Positions 51,043 through 62,291 of a DNA stretch of 64,000 nucleotides are shown piece by piece. Positions within the stretch are counted from its first letter, which is position 1; every line of letters starts with the position of its first letter. Source of the DNA: a virus; the IMG/VR virus record IMGVR_UViG_3300017917_001336, positions 64,001 to 128,000 of that record. One strand, written 5' to 3'. The notes beneath the pieces were generated by a model. That model was given only the letters and a program-made list of their open reading frames with translations. It did not search any database and was not told where the DNA came from. The position numbers and the translations under genes are program-made.

Positions 51043-51558
51043 ATGATTATATATTTAGATATGGATGATGTCGTTGCTGACTGGCGTGATGCCGCAGAAA
51101 CTTTGCTTAAATTAAAGTTTCCAAACGGAGATCAGTGGGCACGAATCCCAGACGATAAGTGGCAAGAACTAAAACGTGCTAGTCGTTTTTATCGTGACTT
51201 GCCTATGAAGCATGGTGCAAAAGAGTTAGTTGATTTTTGTCTTAATGCAGTGGAGTACGGACTTGCAGATGAAGTTCGCTTCCTGACTGCTATACCACAC
51301 AACAACGATATGCCTTGGACATTCCAAGATAAGGTTTGGTGGGCACATGAACGTTTCCCAAACATTCCTGTATTCTTTGGTCCTTATAGTCACGATAAGC
51401 AAGATCATTGTCGCCCCGGAGATATCTTAATTGACGATCGTACAGACAACTGTATGCAATGGGAAGCCCGTGGCGGACTTGCACACATTTATAGAACTTG
51501 GGAAGGATGCAGACCATGGCTGGAACTTACACTAAATCCAATGCCCGAGCTACCGTAA
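51043..51558 (+). CDS. HAD-family 5'(3')-deoxyribonucleotidase-like protein
   Basis: LDMDDVVAD, FLTA, K..W, ILIDD. Confidence 0.82.
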   Translation: MIIYLDMDDVVADWRDAAETLLKLKFPNGDQWARIPDDKWQELKRASRFYRDLPMKHGAKELVDFCLNAVEYGLADEVRFLTAIPHNNDMPWTFQDKVWWAHERFPNIPVFFGPYSHDKQDHCRPGDILIDDRTDNCMQWEARGGLAHIYRTWEGCRPWLELTLNPMPELP

Positions 51559-51857
51559 GTGAGCACTTGGGTATGTCTACTAAAACTACACAGAAATACC
51601 AAGTATATGGCGATGAAGTTTACGAACGACGAGTAGTACATAAATTTACTATGGGTGATGTTGAAGACCCCGAGTTGTATGCTGCCCAACCAATTTACGA
51701 ATGGCAACAAACTGAACACGGACAATGGGTAATGAAATATGGTAAAGATCCACAGTACCATATGAACATGGAACCAGTTACTTACGGATACCAAATTGTT
51801 ATCACAGCCCATATTACGCCCAAACGCTGGACAGAGTATTGCTTACGATTTGCTTGA
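51559..51857 (+). CDS. Hypothetical protein
   Basis: GDVEDPELYAA motif; ends YCLRFA, like the paralog array. Confidence 0.55.
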
Positions 51858-51888
51858 CAGGAGGCATCACCGATGCTATAATAACGAC

Positions 51889-52134
51889 ATGAATGAACAA
51901 CCAGAATACAATAACGAAGAAGAGGCTGAAGTAGCCCAAATCTTATCTATAACCCGTAGTATGGCGGCTGTTAATAAAGTGCAAGAAGCACTAGCCAAAC
52001 AACGTCTGCTACCTAGTCTGGAAGAATGTGAGGAATGCGGCGAAGAAATTCCAAAAGAGCGACAACTTGCTATTAAAGGAGTTACCCGTTGCATCTATTG
52101 CCAAGAACTACTGGAACGAAAAGGTCGTGTGTGA
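51889..52134 (+). CDS. TraR/DksA C4 zinc-finger protein
   Basis: CEECGEEIP.ER......RCIYCQ; TTGACA-N17-TATAAT 6 nt upstream. Confidence 0.85.
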   Translation: MNEQPEYNNEEEAEVAQILSITRSMAAVNKVQEALAKQRLLPSLEECEECGEEIPKERQLAIKGVTRCIYCQELLERKGRV

Positions 52135-53774
52135 GCAAAACAATTTTTTACAAAAAGGTTGGCAGGCGCTATCAGCCTGTAGCAGAGTTTGACAATGAAT
52201 ATATGGACAGTTTTCCAAAAGGCAACCACTTGGTTATGTGTTATCCAGGAGGCCAATCTCGCAGGTTTAATATTGATCCTGCTTATGCCCCACTGATAGC
52301 AGCTGGTCGTGTTGCTGAAGATGCTATCAGCAAACATATCATGGAAGTTAGTTCATTGCGAGTTCCAGATAAGGAAAAGCCATTAACTGACGAACAACGC
52401 AATGCCTGGCAAGCATTTAGTAAAGCAATGGGCAAGGAAGTGTATGCCCTTGAATACTGCTCATACCGTGAAGCCGCCGAGCAAGGTGTAAAAGCTATGA
52501 TGGATGAAGCAGAGAAACTATTAGAAAACCCTGTCGTTCGCAAAGCATACGAACGATTCCTATTAATCTGTGAACTTACAAAGGAACACACATGAAAGAA
52601 GTTTGGTTATTTTTAAAATGGAAGTGGGCAAAGTTTACCTTTGCTGACAAGTGTTGGTTTGGTGGCGCATTCCTGGTAGGTTCGGGAACATATGAAATGT
52701 GGACACATCCACAAGATCCAATCCCATTGAGGGTGCTTGTTGGATTTGGACTTTGGTTTACTGTTCTAACTAAATGGTTTATAGTTGATCAAATCAAAGA
52801 CCAATGGTTGAAATACAAAAAAGAAAAATCAGAGCTGTTTAACACAATTAAGGAGAGTGAACATGCAAGTAAGAGTTGAAGAAAACGCAGAAGATATTGG
52901 TAAGTGTGGTTGTGGCCGCAGTCCTACAGGTAAGTGTATTGGTCTCCATACACTAACTGAACAACAATGGATTGAAGGCAAAACACAAATCCTTGCTAAC
53001 ATTGCTATTGGCAGAACTAATATTGGTATTGAAAAACCCGTTGGGGAGCCGGACGATGAAGTGGTTTGACAAATGGTTTTATAAACAAGCCAAAAAGGCT
53101 TGGGACAACAAAGACCAATATGAAGAAGAAAGTAATTACGTCTTAAGTGCAAAAGAAGCTAGGAGTCTAAAAATGGGAACAATGGGTGCAGTACAAATTG
53201 ATAGAGGCCGCGCAGAAGGCGAAGATCGGATTAGTTTTGAACTAACATCAGCAGTTGGCGGACGCATTCTTAATGTACGCAGATATGATCAGCGTAAAGA
53301 TCAGCATGATCAACAAACCTATGTAATTCCTAGCGGCGAAGATGTAGGTGCTAGAGTAGCTAAAATTTTGAACTTGGAATTGCTTAAATAAACTATCCTT
53401 TCTGGAGAATCATAATGGAAGAAGTTCTATTGTACGTGATTGCACTTGGTTTTGCATTTTGGTTAGGTTGGCATCTTAGAAGCATCGTAATGATAGCCAA
53501 TTTAGCAACCAATCCCGATAAAGTTATTAAGATGCTTGAAAAAATCAAAGAAATTAATGCCGCCGAAGCAGACGGAAAAGATGCATCAGAGCTCGAAGGA
53601 ACAGAAATTGCACCAGAGCAAGTAGGAAACGTATGGTATGCTTATGCAAAAGATTCTGGACAATTCCTTGGTCAAGGTCCAACATTTGAAGATGCGCTCA
53701 AAATGGCCGCCGAACGATTTCCTAATAAAAAGTTTTGGTGTAAAAAACCAAAAGAAGTTAGCCATAACACTTGA
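52131..53774 (+). CDS. Run of hypothetical genes (~52131-52595, 52592-52879, ~52857-53069 CDGSH-like, 53056-53391, 53415-53774)
   Basis: Packed ORFs; CGCGRS.T..C.G.H resembles a CDGSH iron-sulfur motif. Confidence 0.55.
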
Positions 53775-53845
53775 TAAAATTTTTATATTGTAATATACTG
53801 TGTATAGCTGTTGAATTACAGCATAATCTAAAAAGAGGAAACAAT

Positions 53846-54118
53846 ATGAAATTTTTTAATCCAGAAACTAAGACTTACAAAGTGTTTAACGCATTGTATA
53901 ATGGCGATGCTCTAACCCAATCACAAGCTGAAAAGCGTTTTGGTGTTAAGAACCTAGGTGCCGAAGTTAGCCGTATCCGTCACAATGGTTACGCTGTTTA
54001 TGCAAACACACGTAAGGCAGGTAACGGTGTTCAAGTTACTGAGTATGTTATGGGTAAGCCAAGCCGTGAAATCGTTGCTCTAGGCTACAAAGCTAAGGCA
54101 ATGGGTATCACTCTTTAA
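53846..54118 (+). CDS. Winged-helix DNA-binding protein
   Basis: LTQSQAEKRFGV.NL.AEVSRIR..GY pattern; GAGG RBS; terminator follows. Confidence 0.65.
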   Translation: MKFFNPETKTYKVFNALYNGDALTQSQAEKRFGVKNLGAEVSRIRHNGYAVYANTRKAGNGVQVTEYVMGKPSREIVALGYKAKAMGITL

Positions 54119-54145
54119 TTAAGAGAGGTTAGGCCTAACCAACTC

Positions 54146-54175
54146 AAAAAGCCCCACATGCTTGGGGCTTTTTTT
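54146..54175 (+). terminator. Intrinsic terminator, possibly bidirectional
   Basis: AAAAAGCCCCA...TGGGGCTTTTTTT. Confidence 0.8.
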
Positions 54176-54186
54176 ATACATACAGT

Positions 54187-55107
54187 ATGATAATAGACTT
54201 TTTTAAACCTACTATAGATTGGATACGCGATGACTGGACTAGTAACCCATTTCGCTTTTGTATTGAGGTATTGGCTTGGGCAATCTCAATTGGCTGTAGC
54301 ATCACTATGGCTGTCACTGTCCCTAACCCGCCTCTTCTTGCTTTATATCCTGTGTGGATCACTGGCTGTGCTATGTATGCTTGGGCTAGTTATACTAGGA
54401 AATCATTTGGCATGTTGGCTAACTACATCTTGTTAACAACTATCGACACAATCGGATTGATAAGGATGTTAACATGAAGTTGAATGAAATTTATGGAAGT
54501 GTCGATGGTAAAGTTTTTAAAGTTGTAGCCATCTATAATCCTAATGAAGAAAACGACCCTTGGGTTGAATTTATTAACACAGACACAGAGCAAAAATACT
54601 CATGCAGACAAGAAGCATTCTTACTGCGATACTCATTATTGCCGCAACCTCGTTAAACGGCTGTGCCGTCTATACTGTTGCTAGTGTAGGTAGTTATGCA
54701 ACCACGGGCAAAGGTATTGGTGATCATGTTGGATCAGCAGTATCAGGCGGCGATTGCAACTTAATCAAACATACAGTTAATGGAAAATATGTTTGCGAAA
54801 TGCCTGTTGTCTATAATCGCAATGGATTCTAAATAAATACAGAATCGAGGATAACATTATGTCATTTCAATATACAGTATGGGCTAGAAGTCCAAGTTTA
54901 CAACAAGAAGTTAGAGAGTTTAATTTAACAGGCGGCCAAAACAATCCGTACCCAGATCAAAATGCAGCTAATCAAGCCGCTGGATCACTTGTTAACCGTT
55001 TAAATACAGAACGTTATCTACACACAGCAGATTGGCAACCTTTGGTAAAGTACGAAGAACTTGGTATCCAAACCTTTATCAATGCAATGAACAATCGAGT
55101 TCTTTAA
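54187..55107 (+). CDS. Four small ORFs: membrane protein 54187-54477, 54474-54656, lipoprotein 54602-54832, 54859-55107
   Basis: Hydrophobic segments; LNGC lipobox. Confidence 0.6.
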
Positions 55108-55385
55108 TATATTCTGTTCTTAAAATACGCTCAGCTTTTTTGTTGTCTTGCGTATAATACAATCGTGGGTCACCCCACCCAAACATTTCGCATACCCATT
55201 CTCCTAAATATTTGGATTGGCAGTTATTAAACGCATACCAAAATAGGAGTTTATCTAACTCTTTTGTAGTTAGATAATGGGTAGTGTTAGTCATATAATG
55301 TTCCATAATAATATTTACATTTGAACTTGACAATTTAGCCTAATGGTACTATAATACAAACTGTATTAACTAATTAAGGCTCACA

Positions 55386-56516
55386 ATGAAATTTGCATTC
55401 CAATACGAAGATGTAGTTAAAAAACCAAACCCAATGGTTAAGATTAATCCTCTTAAGCGTGGCTCTGGTAAGACTGTTAACTTACAAGATCGTGTAGATA
55501 CTCTTAATAAGAGTGCCGCTTGGAAGAAAACTATCAAAGCGTGGAACAATCAAAGTAAGCAGTTTGACCTAACACGACTTCCTAAAGTATCTATGGAAGA
55601 ATTAGGTGTACTAGACATTGACGAAGACATCCAACGTGCATTAGATGACAAACATTGTGCTAACAAAATTGCCAATCCAGATTTGTTTGATCCAGCATTG
55701 CTTCAGCCTGTAGTTTGTATTAAAACATCTAAAGGCAAGTTTATCAGTATTGATACACAACATACTGTCAGCACTATTGCTGCATTAATTGATGCCGGAC
55801 TTGTTCCAGGTGTTAAGAACTGGAAAACATTTAAGTATCCATTTACATACATTGAAACTGACAACCTTGCTTATGCTCGCCGAGCATTTGGCATTCTCAA
55901 CGGCAAGGGTAAGAAGAAACAGTCTGCCTATCAGGACTTGCGTAATGCTGTCTTTACAATCCGTATCGATAAAGATAAAACAGATTCAGACGAAGTTGCT
56001 CTTGAAAGGAAAGTTGCTATTGCAGAAAAGCATAATTGCTTTCCTGTAGAAGTAGATAGCGATTTGTCAAAGTATCCAGGAACATTTACTAACATTGCTA
56101 CATTCAAAACTCTTAACGAAGATGAGCTCGAAGTATCGTGTGGGTGGCATGATAAGTACTTCCACTATGAAAACGTTCACGTTAGTTTGTTCTTTATCTT
56201 CCGAGACTTGTGCCGACAGTTTGGTAGTGCAAAACTAAAAATTACTCCTAAGTTACAAGAAGAACTTGCCGCATTAGTGCAAAGCTGTTTTGGTAACTTG
56301 TCACAGTTCCAAGAATCAGTAACAGAAGCACATCGCCGTTGGACTGAAAAGCGTTATGGATATCAGGCTAACTGGGACGATGATGCGTATGCTTGTGCAT
56401 TGATTCAACTTTATCAACACTTTGGTGGTAAGGAAAAAGTTGCTCCTACCTTACTAGATCACTTTGACGGACTCATTGAGTTCTTTGATGAAGACATTTT
56501 AAACTTAGCAGACTAA
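55386..56516 (+). CDS. ParB-like/DGQHR-related hypothetical protein
   Basis: IQR, LQPV, IDTQH pattern; sigma70 promoter upstream. Confidence 0.5.
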   Translation: MKFAFQYEDVVKKPNPMVKINPLKRGSGKTVNLQDRVDTLNKSAAWKKTIKAWNNQSKQFDLTRLPKVSMEELGVLDIDEDIQRALDDKHCANKIANPDLFDPALLQPVVCIKTSKGKFISIDTQHTVSTIAALIDAGLVPGVKNWKTFKYPFTYIETDNLAYARRAFGILNGKGKKKQSAYQDLRNAVFTIRIDKDKTDSDEVALERKVAIAEKHNCFPVEVDSDLSKYPGTFTNIATFKTLNEDELEVSCGWHDKYFHYENVHVSLFFIFRDLCRQFGSAKLKITPKLQEELAALVQSCFGNLSQFQESVTEAHRRWTEKRYGYQANWDDDAYACALIQLYQHFGGKEKVAPTLLDHFDGLIEFFDEDILNLAD

Positions 56517-56860
56517 TGTATCATTTTTACTTAATCCAGTCACTAGGCGGCCGAGCAGGTTTTGGTATCGCGCAGGACATCAAAGAACGCAATAAACAAT
56601 ACTGCTCTCATGCAGGCGGTATTGTCAACATGCACGTCTATACTGGATTAAGGGCACACGCTAAGGCTTTAGAACGCACAATTAAAACTCAGTACGTTGA
56701 TAATATCTGGATAATTGAAGATTGGAAAACAGAATGGTTAAATGATTCTGTTCCAATGGAAGTTCTTAAAAAATATGTTGATGATCTAATAAAAGAACGT
56801 CACTTTAAGTTAAAATGCATCGCTCAAGATTGGAACTTCTTACAAGACATTCCTGAGTAA
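56516..56860 (+). CDS. Possible GIY-YIG/T5orf172-like protein
   Basis: FYLI...FGI...R...LE...EWL. Confidence 0.45.
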   Translation: MYHFYLIQSLGGRAGFGIAQDIKERNKQYCSHAGGIVNMHVYTGLRAHAKALERTIKTQYVDNIWIIEDWKTEWLNDSVPMEVLKKYVDDLIKERHFKLKCIAQDWNFLQDIPE

Positions 56861-56867
56861 ATACTTT

Positions 56868-57686
56868 ATGAGAGTTCTAATCACCGGCCATGAAGGATTC
56901 ATAGGTCGTAATATGCTTGCCTGGTGTGCAGCAGAAGAAGGTTGGGAAGTTGACGGGTATGAATGGCATCCTGTTGAGCGTCCTGATGTCCGAGAATATG
57001 ATTGGGTAATTCACCTGGGTGCTATTGCTGATATGACGTTTACAGACGTTGATCAGATAATGAAACAAAACTATGAGTTCAGCCAGTGGCTTTTTGACGA
57101 GTGCAACAAACACGGTGTAAACCTACAATATGCAAGTTCTAGTTCTGTTTATGGCGACACTAATGATTTTAGTGAACACGCAGCATGCCACCCACAAACA
57201 CCTTATGCGTGGAGCAAATACCTATTTGATCGTTGGTGGCCACAACAGCGTGTAAAAATTATGGTTCAAGGATTCCGTTACTTTAATGTATACGGAAAAT
57301 GGATGCACTTACGAGGTAATCGCGCTAATGCTATAGTTAAATGGCGTAATCAAGCTCGTAAAGAAGGTAAGATTACAGTATGGGAAAATGCTGAACATAT
57401 TAAACGTGATTGGACTTGGGTAGGCGATGTTTGCCGTCTGCACATTGATTTTATCAAACACGTAAATGGATCCGGTATTTGGAACTGTGGCGCAGGTCTT
57501 GCTCATTCATTTTTAGATATTGCTGAAGAAATAGCAGAACAAGAGGGTGTTGAAATAGAGTTTATTCCTGTTCCAGACGAAGAGAAAACCCGCTTTAGAC
57601 ATAAAACTAAAGCAGATTTAACTAATCTTAAAGCAACCATAGGTAAACGAAAGTGGCTCAACGTATTTGAGTTTCTAGCTCAGTAA
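56868..57686 (+). CDS. NAD-dependent sugar epimerase, ADP-L-glycero-D-manno-heptose 6-epimerase-like
   Basis: TGHEGFIG, HLGA, YASSSSVYG, YAWSK, RYFNVYG, RDW..V.DV. Confidence 0.8.
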   Translation: MRVLITGHEGFIGRNMLAWCAAEEGWEVDGYEWHPVERPDVREYDWVIHLGAIADMTFTDVDQIMKQNYEFSQWLFDECNKHGVNLQYASSSSVYGDTNDFSEHAACHPQTPYAWSKYLFDRWWPQQRVKIMVQGFRYFNVYGKWMHLRGNRANAIVKWRNQARKEGKITVWENAEHIKRDWTWVGDVCRLHIDFIKHVNGSGIWNCGAGLAHSFLDIAEEIAEQEGVEIEFIPVPDEEKTRFRHKTKADLTNLKATIGKRKWLNVFEFLAQ

Positions 57687-57721
57687 TTCTAATAAATATA
57701 GTATTAACTGAGTCGTTTACT

Positions 57722-58495
57722 ATGAGAGCAAAACAATTTTTACCTGAAGCACCGTTAGGCATTAGTCAAAAACGCCCTTCACGTCAAGGAAGTCGTCCAG
57801 AGCGCGGACACGAGCCTGTAGAGCGTTATACTACCACTAAGGAAGAATGGAGCCAAAAGTATAAAAATAGCATTAATTGTAGTCACCCTAAAGGTTTTAG
57901 CCAAAAGGCTCACTGTGCAGGTAAGAAGAAGCATAACGAATCTGCTGACATGGAAATGACTTGCCCAGATTGCGGAATGTGTGAAACACACGGCGACCAC
58001 ATGATGGAAGTTAAACAACGTCTTGATGCTAAATGCTGGAAAGGTAAACACAAAGAAGGCACAAAAATTAAAGGTGGTGTTCGTGTAAACAACTGTGTAC
58101 CTAACGAAAGTTTATCAGAAGGTAAAACACAAAAACAAGAAACACCTAAGCCACGTAACTTTGTGGCAAAGAACGCTATCAATACAGGTGCAGGCGCACA
58201 CAAAGATAAAAAGAAAGCAGCTAAACAAGGTGATGTTAAGCATAAAGGTAAGATGATGGATCTTGCTGAAATGGAAGACATTTTAGAAAAAGCAAGTCTT
58301 AAACTATGTAAGAGCTCAACACCAGACGAAGATTTAGGTGCTAGTAATCTAGCTTCATGTAAGTCACAAGGATTACGTGCCCGTGACGGAAACAAATCGC
58401 ATAAGTTAGGAAAAACTAAAAAGAGTCGTGTGAAGGTTGGCGGTCACAAGATCAAAGGCAACAAATACGGCGGCCCGTTACCTGACTGGAGTTAA
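57722..58495 (+). CDS. Basic Cys-containing modular protein, probably virion-internal
   Basis: TAAATA promoter; CWKG...NCVP module. Confidence 0.6.
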   Translation: MRAKQFLPEAPLGISQKRPSRQGSRPERGHEPVERYTTTKEEWSQKYKNSINCSHPKGFSQKAHCAGKKKHNESADMEMTCPDCGMCETHGDHMMEVKQRLDAKCWKGKHKEGTKIKGGVRVNNCVPNESLSEGKTQKQETPKPRNFVAKNAINTGAGAHKDKKKAAKQGDVKHKGKMMDLAEMEDILEKASLKLCKSSTPDEDLGASNLASCKSQGLRARDGNKSHKLGKTKKSRVKVGGHKIKGNKYGGPLPDWS

Positions 58496-58496
58496 G

Positions 58497-60011
58497 ATGC
58501 GATTTTCAGAATTTAAAAGATATTTCTTTGAAGCAGATGGAGAGCCGGGATATTACACTATTGGTGATAGCCATGCTAAAGGTATTGCCGATGCCGCAGG
58601 TCATCCATGGATTAACAGCGCAGTAGGTGGCAGGACCAGTACAAGTCCAGAAATAAGAGCAAAGGTTCCTACTGTTACTCCAGGTAGTATCGTAGTAGTT
58701 GCCGCAGGAGCCAATGACACAGCAAACTCTTATAGAGCATCTGTAGAAAGTGGAAACAAAGTTAAACTTGTAGATCCTAAGGTTATTGCTAGTAATGTAG
58801 CAGACTTAGTTAACATGGTCAAGGCACAAAAGCCAAAGAAGATTATATTTTTATTGTTTCCAAATGGCAAAGGAAGAACAAAAGGTAGCGCCAAGTGGTA
58901 TAACGGAGATTACCAAGAGGATGTTAGGTCAGCTATCAAATCAGCAGTATCTGGTGTAGAAATTATTGATCAAAGCGGCTACCCGATTGCTCCAGATCAA
59001 ATACACTCAGATTGGAATGTATATAGCAGATTAGGTAAAGAAATTGTACAACGCAACCCATTAGGTGGAATTTCAGGTGCACCTGAAACAAAATCAGGAA
59101 GAGAAGTAAATCCAATGCTTGCCCGCCGACATCCAGACTGGAATTTTAACAAGACTGGGTCTTCGGGAAATCCAGACGAACAACTACAGAAAGAAGGCGA
59201 AAAGTTCTTTATCGATGTTCCAACAAGTCGCAGAGGAACAGCAGTACGTGATGTACAACAAGCATTAGAAAAATTAGGGTATAGTGTTGGCCCTCCAGGG
59301 CTTGACGGTCTTCGAGGCAAGTATACTATTGCAGCAGTAAGAGCTTTCCAGCGTGACAACCCACCATTAGAACAAGACGGTGACCCGGGCCCAGAAACTG
59401 TTGCTAAACTAAACGCTATAATTAAAGCTAAACCAGAAAAGTTCAAAGGTCTAGTTAGAAGTAAACCAAACCAAGTTAAGTCATGGGGTGGTGGCTCTGC
59501 TGAAGCAGATGTTGGTGATTTATTAACTGACACAGATGATAATATTGAACAAGCAAGAAAATCAGCCGAACAGTACCTTGGTCGTAAAATGAGTGACACT
59601 GAGTGGACAGCATTACTTAAAGTAACTGCCGCAGAAGAAAATAATACTGAAGCACTTGGTTGGGTAATAGGCGCAATTTTAAATCGCGTTAAGCAAGGAA
59701 GCTGGGGTGATGATGTTGTATCAGTCTTAACAGCTGGCGGACAGTTTGAACCAGTAACGGGCACTTATGACAAAGTGAACAAACGCTGGTTAGGAAAAGG
59801 ATTACCCGCACTACCAATTCCTAGCGGAACAAAACTTCGTAAGATCTTAACAGGTGCAACGGAATTCCTTCCAAGTGTACCAAGTGATATTGTTAACTTT
59901 ACATCAGCTATTGATGCTGCATATAATAAACCTGGTCATAACATTAGTTATAAAAAACAACTGTTAGACCGCGGCGGTGTGCGTAAAGGTAACTCTATCT
60001 TTGCTAGATAA
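58497..60011 (+). CDS. Multidomain cell-wall enzyme: SGNH esterase + PG-binding + SleB-like hydrolase
   Basis: IGDSH/GANDT/DQIH; DG..G..T..AV.AFQ; AAE...ILNRV...GQFE. Confidence 0.72.
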   Translation: MRFSEFKRYFFEADGEPGYYTIGDSHAKGIADAAGHPWINSAVGGRTSTSPEIRAKVPTVTPGSIVVVAAGANDTANSYRASVESGNKVKLVDPKVIASNVADLVNMVKAQKPKKIIFLLFPNGKGRTKGSAKWYNGDYQEDVRSAIKSAVSGVEIIDQSGYPIAPDQIHSDWNVYSRLGKEIVQRNPLGGISGAPETKSGREVNPMLARRHPDWNFNKTGSSGNPDEQLQKEGEKFFIDVPTSRRGTAVRDVQQALEKLGYSVGPPGLDGLRGKYTIAAVRAFQRDNPPLEQDGDPGPETVAKLNAIIKAKPEKFKGLVRSKPNQVKSWGGGSAEADVGDLLTDTDDNIEQARKSAEQYLGRKMSDTEWTALLKVTAAEENNTEALGWVIGAILNRVKQGSWGDDVVSVLTAGGQFEPVTGTYDKVNKRWLGKGLPALPIPSGTKLRKILTGATEFLPSVPSDIVNFTSAIDAAYNKPGHNISYKKQLLDRGGVRKGNSIFAR

Positions 60012-60035
60012 GATTCATAGGAGCGTAAATACGCT

Positions 60036-60584
60036 ATGAATTTAATTGGCAATTTATTAATCGCACCACCCGCAGTCAAAGGTAACTTCTGGTATAAAAC
60101 AGTTATCATGGTAACTGAAAACCACATGCAGGGATCAGTCGGTCTTGTACTAAACAAGCGAAGTCATATGTCTATTAAAGAGTTTGGATCAGAGCTCGGG
60201 TACGACATAGACTTACCTGGATTTGTTTATCTTGGCGGCCCTGTTAATGTAAAGAGTCTTAGTTTCTTACATAGCAACGAATGGGTAAGCAAGAACACAA
60301 TGCGTATCAGTAACGAGTTTAGTCTAAGCTCGGCAGATGACATACTTCCTCGTTTAGCTATGGGTGATACTCCAGAACGTTGGAGATTATTTTTGGGCAT
60401 GTGTGGTTGGGCACATGGACAGCTAGCAGGCGAAATAAAAGGAAAAGCACCTTGGACACATGAAACAAGTTGGCTTTTGGCTAGTGCTGATTCAGAATTG
60501 GTTTTTGGCAACGATAATAAAGAACAATGGTGCAACGCCATTGATAGAGCCGGTTTAGAGTTTGCTCAAAATATGTTGGCATAA
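60036..60584 (+). CDS. YqgE/AlgH (DUF179) family protein
   Basis: LLIAPP, GLVLNK, YLGGPV, G..GW..GQL..EI. Confidence 0.88.
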   Translation: MNLIGNLLIAPPAVKGNFWYKTVIMVTENHMQGSVGLVLNKRSHMSIKEFGSELGYDIDLPGFVYLGGPVNVKSLSFLHSNEWVSKNTMRISNEFSLSSADDILPRLAMGDTPERWRLFLGMCGWAHGQLAGEIKGKAPWTHETSWLLASADSELVFGNDNKEQWCNAIDRAGLEFAQNMLA

Positions 60585-60652
60585 ATAACTTTTGAGTGTA
60601 TAATATATACTTCATAGGTTGGGTCTGTAACACAATCGAAAGAGGTAAAAAA

Positions 60653-61171
60653 ATGTCAGACACGTTGGTCTTGAATGCCGACGGATTGCCTGTAAGCGTA
60701 ATGCCGTTGAGCGTAATCCCTTGGGAAGAAAGCATCAAGTACATGGTTTTAGATAAAGCCGATGTATTGCTATGGCACGAAAATTGGATCGTGCATTCTG
60801 CTACTTGGGAAACACCAGTCCCTTCTGTTATCATGTTACGTGAGTACATGAAAGCAAAGCAAACAGTTCGTTTCTCAAGAGCGAATGTTTACTTGCGAGA
60901 TGATGGAAAATGTATGTATTGCGGTACACATGTAGAACGCAAGGACTCAACATTGGACCACGTACACCCAATTTCAAAGGGTGGTAAAACTACGTGGGAA
61001 AATACAGTTACCGCTTGCGGTCCATGTAATGCTGACAAGGCAGATAAGACCCATACTCATAAGCCTAAAATCAAACCTTATAAGCCTGACTACTACGAAC
61101 TTGTAAATAAGCGTAAGAAGCAAGGCTTCCATAACTTAAGGTTTCAAGAATGGCTCCAATTCATCGCTTAA
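60653..61171 (+). CDS. HNH endonuclease
   Basis: CMYCG...TLDHV.P.SKGG...WEN.V.AC..CN. Confidence 0.9.
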   Translation: MSDTLVLNADGLPVSVMPLSVIPWEESIKYMVLDKADVLLWHENWIVHSATWETPVPSVIMLREYMKAKQTVRFSRANVYLRDDGKCMYCGTHVERKDSTLDHVHPISKGGKTTWENTVTACGPCNADKADKTHTHKPKIKPYKPDYYELVNKRKKQGFHNLRFQEWLQFIA

Positions 61172-61587
61172 AAAAAGTCCTCTGGACTACACTAGGTCTA
61201 CTTAGTTTAGGAATGGCCTATATAGGGGTTGTCACACCTGGCATCCCCTATTCTCCTTTTGTAGTATTTGCTGCATACTGTTTTAGCAAAGGCAGTGAGC
61301 GTTTGCATCGTTGGATTTATAATCATAAGCTGTTTGGACCATTTCTTACTAATTGGGGTCAGAAGCGTGTGTTTCCGCTTAAACTAAAATTTTTTATGCT
61401 GGGTATGATGAGTCTTAGTCTAGTACTCATGTACACAGGAGGAGTTCCACTTCGTGGTATATACTATACTGGTGCTTTTATGGCCTGTGTTGCCGTTTGG
61501 GCTTGGCGTTATCCTTCCTCTGTTGCCGAATATGATAAGCGTATTGAAGAAGGCCGTAAGATAGGTTGGTTTAACAATTACATATGA
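61150..61587 (+). CDS. YbaN/DUF454 membrane protein
   Basis: G...PG.P..PF...AA.CF.KGS.R...W...H..FGP. Confidence 0.85.
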   Translation: MAPIHRLKKVLWTTLGLLSLGMAYIGVVTPGIPYSPFVVFAAYCFSKGSERLHRWIYNHKLFGPFLTNWGQKRVFPLKLKFFMLGMMSLSLVLMYTGGVPLRGIYYTGAFMACVAVWAWRYPSSVAEYDKRIEEGRKIGWFNNYI

Positions 61588-62291
61588 AACTCCTAGAGCT
61601 TGAAAATAGAAATGGAGAGCTTTGGAGTGGTGGAGATACGCCTACAAAGTTTCAACGTAATTTAGAATTACAGCCTGCAAATTGGTTGTGGCGTACTAAA
61701 GAAGTAAAATACACTCTTAACGAACAAAAGTATCGAGCACCGTCTTGGGACACAGTCGACTGGGCTAACAGTATTATTTTCTTTGGCGACAGTATGGTAT
61801 ATGGAGTAGGTGCAAGCGACGAAGATACTGTAGCACATCAGCTAAGTTTGCAAATGAACTGCCCTGTTATCAATTTAGGACAAGGGGAAGTTGGACTTGG
61901 GTTTTACTGGGGCAATGCAATTATCCTGCGAGAACATAATATTAAACCAAAAGCAGTATGTTTTGTGTGGCCTGATAGGATCCGACAATGCGAGTACTTG
62001 TCAGACGTAAAGACAATTAATTACGGGCCTTGGAACTATGATAAAAGCTGGATGCTGCCTTTAGCAACGCATAACAAGCACAACTATCATTGGGCTAAAT
62101 TTATGGTCCGTAACCTAAGATTGCTTTGGGCAGATGTTCCAGTAGCAGAAGGCACATGGTATGACAGCATGTCATGGACAGGAGCTCCTCTTTTACCGTT
62201 TGATGATTACAGTAGAGATATGGAACATGCTGGTCCAGAGAGCTACAAATTAAGTGCTACTATATTTGCTAGCCAGCTAAAGGAACTATAA
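61584..62291 (+). CDS. SGNH-like hypothetical protein
   Basis: FGDS..YG.G, INLG, RD..H.GP. Confidence 0.65.
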   Translation: MKLLELENRNGELWSGGDTPTKFQRNLELQPANWLWRTKEVKYTLNEQKYRAPSWDTVDWANSIIFFGDSMVYGVGASDEDTVAHQLSLQMNCPVINLGQGEVGLGFYWGNAIILREHNIKPKAVCFVWPDRIRQCEYLSDVKTINYGPWNYDKSWMLPLATHNKHNYHWAKFMVRNLRLLWADVPVAEGTWYDSMSWTGAPLLPFDDYSRDMEHAGPESYKLSATIFASQLKEL

